Shown here: positions 58,657 to 64,000 of the stretch, piece by piece | How positions within the stretch are numbered: position 1 is the stretch's first letter | Layout of the letters: every line of letters begins with the position of its first letter | DNA from: Candidatus Cloacimonadales bacterium | GTDB taxonomy: Bacteria > Cloacimonadota > Cloacimonadia > Cloacimonadales > JAIOQZ01 | Assembly (NCBI GenBank): GCA_963674825.1 | Contig: OY771587.1 | Coordinates: 2,848,001-2,912,000 of the forward strand | Direction: 5' to 3' | Length of the DNA stretch: 64,000 nucleotides | Notes under the pieces: generated by a model | Told to the model about the DNA's origin: nothing | What the model saw: the letters and a program-made list of their open reading frames with translations, nothing else | Databases searched by the model: none | Made by a program: the position numbers and the translations under genes

Positions 58657-59839
58657 TGCTTTGGATAAGATTCATGAGCTCGCAAATCTTATTTCAAGGT
58701 GTAGCAAGCTTACTGACTACAAGACAGTTCGGGGCATTAGAAATGAGCTTGAGATTGTTGTATCTGCAGAGGATGTTTCACATCTGAAGCGTTATGGCAA
58801 AGAGTCAGGTTTTAGTTTTGATGATGGATTAGATTCCATCATCATTGATATGGATAGTATCCTATCGCAGATGTATGTATTCTTTAGCGTTGAAGAGTTT
58901 GAGGGGAAATGCCGTGAAAAGTATAATGACAGAGATGATTTGACGCTTTCGAGCTTTGCTGTTGTCGGGATAGATGGAGATTACGCAGTAGTTGAGAATG
59001 ACCGCTTCATTGCTGAATCTGGACAAATCGTAAATAAGGTACTAGGTATTGAGCTCTTTTACATCTTTGCACATAAACTCAGGAGTATCTCAAACTATGT
59101 GGATGAAACAACTCACGAGTATGTTATTTTCACTTCCAACAAAGGAGTTATGAAAATGGCTCTTGGTGAGAGACGTTTTGATAAGAACAACGATTGTCAT
59201 AAATTACAGTCCAGCATAGAACGCTTCAATATTGTCGCAAGCGATAAGATAAAACTCGATTTCATTCGAAGTTCAATAATAGACAACATTGAAAGCGCGG
59301 AACGAAGAGACGTAGCCGCTATTTTATCTCGGCTTGATAATATTCTAGACGATGCTGAGCGAAATCACCAATTATACTTGGAGCAGTTTTCTTTCGAGAA
59401 GTTTAAAACATCTTGGGACAAGGAAAAAGAGAAATATTTCAATGATTTCAGGGGGCTAATCACAAAAATAACAGCGCAAATGGCAAATCTACCAATTGCC
59501 TTGATAGCGTTTGTGCTTACTTCAAATGGAAAGTTGACTAATATTGCGATAGAAAAGATGTTTTTTTTAATATTCTCGGTTTATGTTTTTTCGACATTAT
59601 GGATTCAGGTAACCAACATCAGTGAAGTCGTTGATTTGCATAGAAAGATAAGGTCAGAATTGGGGCGAATATCATGCAAATATCCCTCAACATATGGGAA
59701 TATTGAACAAGAGGGGAGAGAATTGAAGTGCAAATCAATAAATCTGCTTCTCCTATCTTTAATTGTCATACTGGCATATGGCTATGTGTCGCTTAGTGTA
59801 ATATATCATTGCATTATGAACAAGTATTATATTTGGTGA
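58646..59839 (+). CDS. Hypothetical protein with C-terminal transmembrane helices
   Basis: Overlaps the NA37 stop; YLEQFSFEK coiled region followed by about three TM segments; AT-rich. Confidence 0.7.
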   Translation: MKSDALDKIHELANLISRCSKLTDYKTVRGIRNELEIVVSAEDVSHLKRYGKESGFSFDDGLDSIIIDMDSILSQMYVFFSVEEFEGKCREKYNDRDDLTLSSFAVVGIDGDYAVVENDRFIAESGQIVNKVLGIELFYIFAHKLRSISNYVDETTHEYVIFTSNKGVMKMALGERRFDKNNDCHKLQSSIERFNIVASDKIKLDFIRSSIIDNIESAERRDVAAILSRLDNILDDAERNHQLYLEQFSFEKFKTSWDKEKEKYFNDFRGLITKITAQMANLPIALIAFVLTSNGKLTNIAIEKMFFLIFSVYVFSTLWIQVTNISEVVDLHRKIRSELGRISCKYPSTYGNIEQEGRELKCKSINLLLLSLIVILAYGYVSLSVIYHCIMNKYYIW

Positions 59840-59881
59840 GTTTGCTGCGCATAATTGTACAATAAAAGTTCTATGCTGATT

Positions 59882-61045
59882 CTACCTGATCGTATTCCAG
59901 GTGGCTTTGGTTTCGCCCTTGAGGTAGCGGATAAACGCGAGCATGGATGCCCAGAACATGGTGAAGAAGTAGGCCGAAGGCTTCAGGATGCCAATACCGC
60001 CGCCCTTGCTTTCGATGTAAAACTCGATGATACCGGTTACGAGGATGATATCCAGTCCAACTGCCATGATAGCATAAGCCCAGTGCCAGAATGTATTGAA
60101 ACCATTCATGCAGGCCACTACCAACAAGTAGCTTAGCGAGACCAGCATGCCAATCACGAACAGCGAGAACGACCACCGCAGCACCTTGTGCGATAGCAGA
60201 ATCCACGACATTATCGGGTGCTTGAGAGGATTCAAGAGCTGCTTGTGGCGGAAAAGAGTTTCCCATTCGCGGGAGATGATGCGGATCTTGCGCTTGAATT
60301 CTTCTCGCGGCTTGATTGATGGCTCCTCCGTAACGATGGCGAGGTCGTTGAACTTGGCGACGAGTCCGTTTTCCAATGCTACGAGCACACGCTCAAAGTC
60401 ATCGATAGACGTCACGGGCAATTCTGTGAAAAGGTCGCGCCTGAGCATGAAAATCGAGCCATTAGCGCAATTGATCGAATAGATCAAGCTGTTAAGCTTC
60501 TTGAGCCAGGACTCGTATTTCCAGTAAAGACCTTCTCCAGAACCGGTTCCTTCTTTGGTTTGCAATACCAGCTTACCGCATACCATACCGATGTTTTTTT
60601 CAGCCAGCATCATGGAAAGGAGCTCTTTGATCGCCTGCGGCTGGAAGATCGAATTGGCGTCGGTGGAGACCACGTAGTCGCAGGTCAAGGTCTTGCTGAT
60701 CATATTATGGCCCGAAACCTTACCCTTGCGCGGTTTTTGCACCACGAGCCTGACGTTGGTTCCCTTATATTCCTCTACGATCTCATTGGTGCCGTCAGTG
60801 GAATCGTCCGAGATAACGATCATATCGATACGGTCTTTAGGGTAGTCGAGCTTTAGGAACGATTCGATCTTATCTTTGATGACAGCGGCTTCGTTGAACG
60901 CGGGACAGAGCACCGTAATGGATGGATATTGATCGATTACCACACGCTTATCCTGCTTGCCTTTTGCCATAATCACCAGCAGAATGGGGTAGAGGATAAG
61001 GTGATATACCAGCGCAAAAGCACTGATCCAGAAAATCCATGTCAT
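59882..61045 (-). CDS. Glycosyltransferase family 2
   Basis: PAFNE, SDDSTDGT, TDAN, GEGLYWKYE. Confidence 0.9.
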   Translation of the reverse strand: MTWIFWISAFALVYHLILYPILLVIMAKGKQDKRVVIDQYPSITVLCPAFNEAAVIKDKIESFLKLDYPKDRIDMIVISDDSTDGTNEIVEEYKGTNVRLVVQKPRKGKVSGHNMISKTLTCDYVVSTDANSIFQPQAIKELLSMMLAEKNIGMVCGKLVLQTKEGTGSGEGLYWKYESWLKKLNSLIYSINCANGSIFMLRRDLFTELPVTSIDDFERVLVALENGLVAKFNDLAIVTEEPSIKPREEFKRKIRIISREWETLFRHKQLLNPLKHPIMSWILLSHKVLRWSFSLFVIGMLVSLSYLLVVACMNGFNTFWHWAYAIMAVGLDIILVTGIIEFYIESKGGGIGILKPSAYFFTMFWASMLAFIRYLKGETKATWNTIR

Positions 61046-62073
61046 TCGGAACGCTCCATTTTCTTGATGTCGGACGAAACAATCTCGAGTACCGCTTCCG
61101 GTTTCAGGTGCAGGAGACACTCACGATTGCAGAGTCGCTCCTTGAGCTGGAGGCAAGGCTTGCAAGACGGCGCAGGATTAGCTGTCAGGATGATTTTGTT
61201 ATCCGTGAAAGGTGATGTCACCCTTTCGTCAGCAGGACCGAAGATCGTATAGATCCGTGTAGTAAAGCAGCTTGCGATATGCCCCAAGCCGGAATCGGAA
61301 TTCAACAGATGGTCGCTGCGAGATAGCAGAGCTGCCACCTGCCCGAGTTTCAAGCCGGAAACGAGTGGAATCTCCGCTTCCCGGCTGATACGCTGACTGA
61401 CGTCCATTTCGTCCGGGCCACTGATGACATAAACGATTCGGTCGGGCAATCTTTTTTTCAGCATTTTTGCGACTTCCACAAAGTACTCCGCGTGCCAGCG
61501 TCGGAAATCGTTTTCCTTGTTGCTACCGGCATGGATTGCAAAAAGCTTTTTGCCCTTCCAGCCGTTCTGCTCGATGAGCTTGTCCACGAAGTTCTGGTCG
61601 CTTTTCTGCAGAGTGTAGAAAGGCTTCTCTTTAGTCAACTCACCCAGCGCTGTTTCGGCCAGCTTGAGGTTGCTGATACTACGATGTTGAATCGGATCGA
61701 ACTCGATCTGGTGTGTGTAAGCGCTCATTGTGTGATCGCGATATTCGCCGGTGCGATACTTTGCTCCAGCCAGCTTCGAAAATAGCGCGCCTTTAGAAGG
61801 AGTAACACCAGAGGTTACGATCGAGAGATCATATTTCCTGCATCGCAATTGCATGGCTTTTATAAAGAGGTCGAGCGTACGATTCTTCGCCAGATAGATA
61901 CGGTTGCATTCGGGGGCATTACGCAGTGGAAAACTCGCTGCGTTTTGCGTAATGAGGAAATCGATCTTCGCATGCGGAAACTTCTGCTTGATGGCTCGCA
62001 GCGTGGGCGTGAACATGATCATATCTCCCATGCCCCAAGTATGGATTACGAGGATTTTCCGGATATCTATCAC
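61042..62073 (-). CDS. Glycosyltransferase family 9 (heptosyltransferase-like)
   Basis: GMGDMI..TP, RRW, NSDSGLGHIA, IFGP. Confidence 0.9.
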   Translation of the reverse strand: MIDIRKILVIHTWGMGDMIMFTPTLRAIKQKFPHAKIDFLITQNAASFPLRNAPECNRIYLAKNRTLDLFIKAMQLRCRKYDLSIVTSGVTPSKGALFSKLAGAKYRTGEYRDHTMSAYTHQIEFDPIQHRSISNLKLAETALGELTKEKPFYTLQKSDQNFVDKLIEQNGWKGKKLFAIHAGSNKENDFRRWHAEYFVEVAKMLKKRLPDRIVYVISGPDEMDVSQRISREAEIPLVSGLKLGQVAALLSRSDHLLNSDSGLGHIASCFTTRIYTIFGPADERVTSPFTDNKIILTANPAPSCKPCLQLKERLCNRECLLHLKPEAVLEIVSSDIKKMERSE

Positions 62074-63356
62074 ATTATTTCCCGTATCAGCTTCGCCATT
62101 TCACCGCTGAGGTGGACGACGTTGTATTGTTGAACTCGATCGAGTCGGATGTTCTTGCGGAATTCATCTCGATCGAGTGTGGCTGCTTTCTCCAGAAGAT
62201 TCACCATCTCCGGGATATCGTCGTTATGGCAGACGTATCCGATGTTCAGCTCACGGATTAACTGTGCCGTGGCTCCCGTAAGTGAACTGAAGCTCAACAC
62301 CGGAATGCCCATGAAAGCGTACTCGTAGAGCTTTCCGCTTCGTGCCGTCTCCGCATTGACCGGATAGTAGAAATGCAGCAAGATATCGGCTTGCTGGATT
62401 CGTTTGTGAAGAACATCCCGCGGGACAAAGCCTGGGGTGACGATGTCGCCGATGGAATACTCATCAATCAGGCGTTGCGTTTCCTCATTCATGCTCCAGA
62501 ATACTTCCAGCACCGGCTTTCTGTCTCCATCCCAGCTTTCCCGGAACTGCTTCCAGGCTTTGAGAAGCATCAGCGGATTGTATTTGTTCTCGTGTACGTC
62601 CATTTTACCGGCATATGCGACCAACAGTATCGATTCGTCGCGATCGACATCGTGTTCGACATTGAAATCAGCCGGATCGAATCCATTCGGGATGAGTCGC
62701 ACTGGGATGTTGGTGTCGGAAACTTCGTTCTTCAATTCTTTCATATGTCCATCCGTGAGGCCGACAAGTGCATCGCCGTGACGGAGGCAGAAACGTGAGA
62801 CGAATTTGTTATAGTATTTGCGTACGAAAGAAAAACTTCCTTCAATGCTGTAGGATCCCCAGGGATCGCGGAATTCTTCAACTACCTTGATGCCTGTAAG
62901 GAATTTCAGCAGGACGGCGACCACGATCAAGGAGAACGGCCCACCAGTAACGAGCATGACCTTGATCCGATGTTTGCGAATAATCTTGATCATGGATGGC
63001 ACAGAGCCGAGTGCCCAAAGGATGTGGATGTCGGGTGACGCGATAATGTCTTTCATGATAACGAGTAACTTCAGGAGCAGCTTCTTCATGGGTGATTTCG
63101 GCTTTGTGTAGATATCGACCGATTTGCGATACTTGTGATCGGGGAAACGTGTGTCCCGGCGATAGACGATTGCATCGTCGGGGATGCTCTCCAGCATCTT
63201 ATCGCTTATAACGTAATTAGGATTGGAAGCTGTGAATATAATGGGTTGGAATCCGTAATTCCCTATATAACGCATCATACGGGTTATACGGTAAGCTGCC
63301 GTGATATTGAGAGGAGCGTAGCAGAACGTGAAAACAAGTAGTGGCGTTTTCTTCAT
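62070..63356 (-). CDS. Glycosyltransferase family 4-like
   Basis: TGGPFS, EFRDPW, IPNGFD, GKLYEY. Confidence 0.85.
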   Translation of the reverse strand: MKKTPLLVFTFCYAPLNITAAYRITRMMRYIGNYGFQPIIFTASNPNYVISDKMLESIPDDAIVYRRDTRFPDHKYRKSVDIYTKPKSPMKKLLLKLLVIMKDIIASPDIHILWALGSVPSMIKIIRKHRIKVMLVTGGPFSLIVVAVLLKFLTGIKVVEEFRDPWGSYSIEGSFSFVRKYYNKFVSRFCLRHGDALVGLTDGHMKELKNEVSDTNIPVRLIPNGFDPADFNVEHDVDRDESILLVAYAGKMDVHENKYNPLMLLKAWKQFRESWDGDRKPVLEVFWSMNEETQRLIDEYSIGDIVTPGFVPRDVLHKRIQQADILLHFYYPVNAETARSGKLYEYAFMGIPVLSFSSLTGATAQLIRELNIGYVCHNDDIPEMVNLLEKAATLDRDEFRKNIRLDRVQQYNVVHLSGEMAKLIREIM

Positions 63357-63377
63357 GACAAACTCAATGGATAACCG

Positions 63378-63408
63378 AAAAAACCGCTCCCGGGAGTCCG
63401 GGAGCGGT
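63378..63408 (-). terminator. gdhA terminator
   Basis: ACCGCTCCCGG-GAGT-CCGGGAGCGGT with a U-tract on minus. Confidence 0.8.
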
Positions 63409-63428
63409 CAAAGGTTGTATCATGTAGC

Positions 63429-64000
63429 TTACACAATACCCATATCGATCATGGAATCGGCAACCTTGATGAAACCAGCAATGTTAGCGCCCTTGACGTA
63501 GTCGATGTAGTCACCGTCTTTGCCATACTGGACACACTGCTCGTGGATCGCGATCATGATGTTGTGCAGTCTTTCGTCAACTTCTTCGCGGGTCCAGCTA
63601 AGACGCAGGCTGTTCTGGGACATTTCCAGACCGGATGTGGCAACGCCACCAGCGTTTGCGGCTTTACCAGGACCGTAGAGGATCTTGGCTTTCTGGAAGA
63701 CTTCGATAGCTTCCGGGGTCGAAGGCATGTTTGCACCTTCGGAAACGCAGAAGCAGCCGTTCTTGACGAGGGCTTCAGCTTCTTCTTTGTTGACTTCGTT
63801 CTGGGTAGCGCTCGGAAGAGCGATGTCACACTTGACACCCCAAGGACGCTTGCCAGCTACGAATTCGCAACCGTACTTGTCGGCGTATTCTTTAATACGA
63901 CCGCGCTTGACGTTCTTCAGTTCCATGACGTAAGCGAGCTTGTCAGCATCGATTCCAGCCGGATCGTAGATGTAACCGGAGGAGTCGGAAAGGGTCACGA
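63429..64000 (-). CDS. gdhA: Glutamate dehydrogenase, 3' part (runs off window)
   Basis: ALPSATQNE, EGANMP, PGKAANAGGVATSGLEMSQN, YVKGANIAGF. Confidence 0.95.
   Translation of the reverse strand, partial: VTLSDSSGYIYDPAGIDADKLAYVMELKNVKRGRIKEYADKYGCEFVAGKRPWGVKCDIALPSATQNEVNKEEAEALVKNGCFCVSEGANMPSTPEAIEVFQKAKILYGPGKAANAGGVATSGLEMSQNSLRLSWTREEVDERLHNIMIAIHEQCVQYGKDGDYIDYVKGANIAGFIKVADSMIDMGIV

Noticed and set aside
59834..59852. Alternative prophage right end at GGTGAGTTTGCTGCGC
   Set aside because: Only GGTGAG matches; there is no upstream TGCCA at the right spacing, no terminal CA and no exact TGTGC duplication

Overview
This window is bacterial chromosomal DNA, most likely from the FCB superphylum and probably Cloacimonadota. 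That assignment is inferred from six secreted proteins ending in a FlgD-Ig/T9SS-like 'NYPNPFNP...KMxLxK' C-terminal domain (CTD). Left part (1-20.6 kb): an ECF sigma/anti-sigma/PDZ operon, GNAT genes, tRNA-His, a DUF512 protein, an AI-2E transporter, three CTD proteins (repeat protein, M14 peptidase, C25 peptidase) and a GntR-ABC operon. Middle (~20,692 to ~54,917): a Mu-type transposable prophage. It has a repressor, ner-like HTH, DDE transposase, AAA+ MuB-like ATPase, terminase, PBSX-like portal, a fused protease-capsid gene and a sheath-less tail whose chaperone has a -1 frameshift site. It also carries two Dam-like methylase genes, one broken by an internal deletion. An ~11 kb AT-richer cargo block sits inside the late region. 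It holds two large host-type CTD secreted proteins with their own promoter, plus an intact DUF2075 helicase gene between remnants of a restriction-modification operon. The repressor end has a 10-copy GTTACTAYCG array and an end-like motif that recurs twice more in the flank. Those two copies bracket another CTD gene and an orphan CTD-coding fragment, and the second precedes an AT-rich nucleoid-associated-protein + membrane-protein pair (candidate defence system). The window ends in glycosyltransferase genes and gdhA. All product calls come from motif recognition by eye; no database searches were run.
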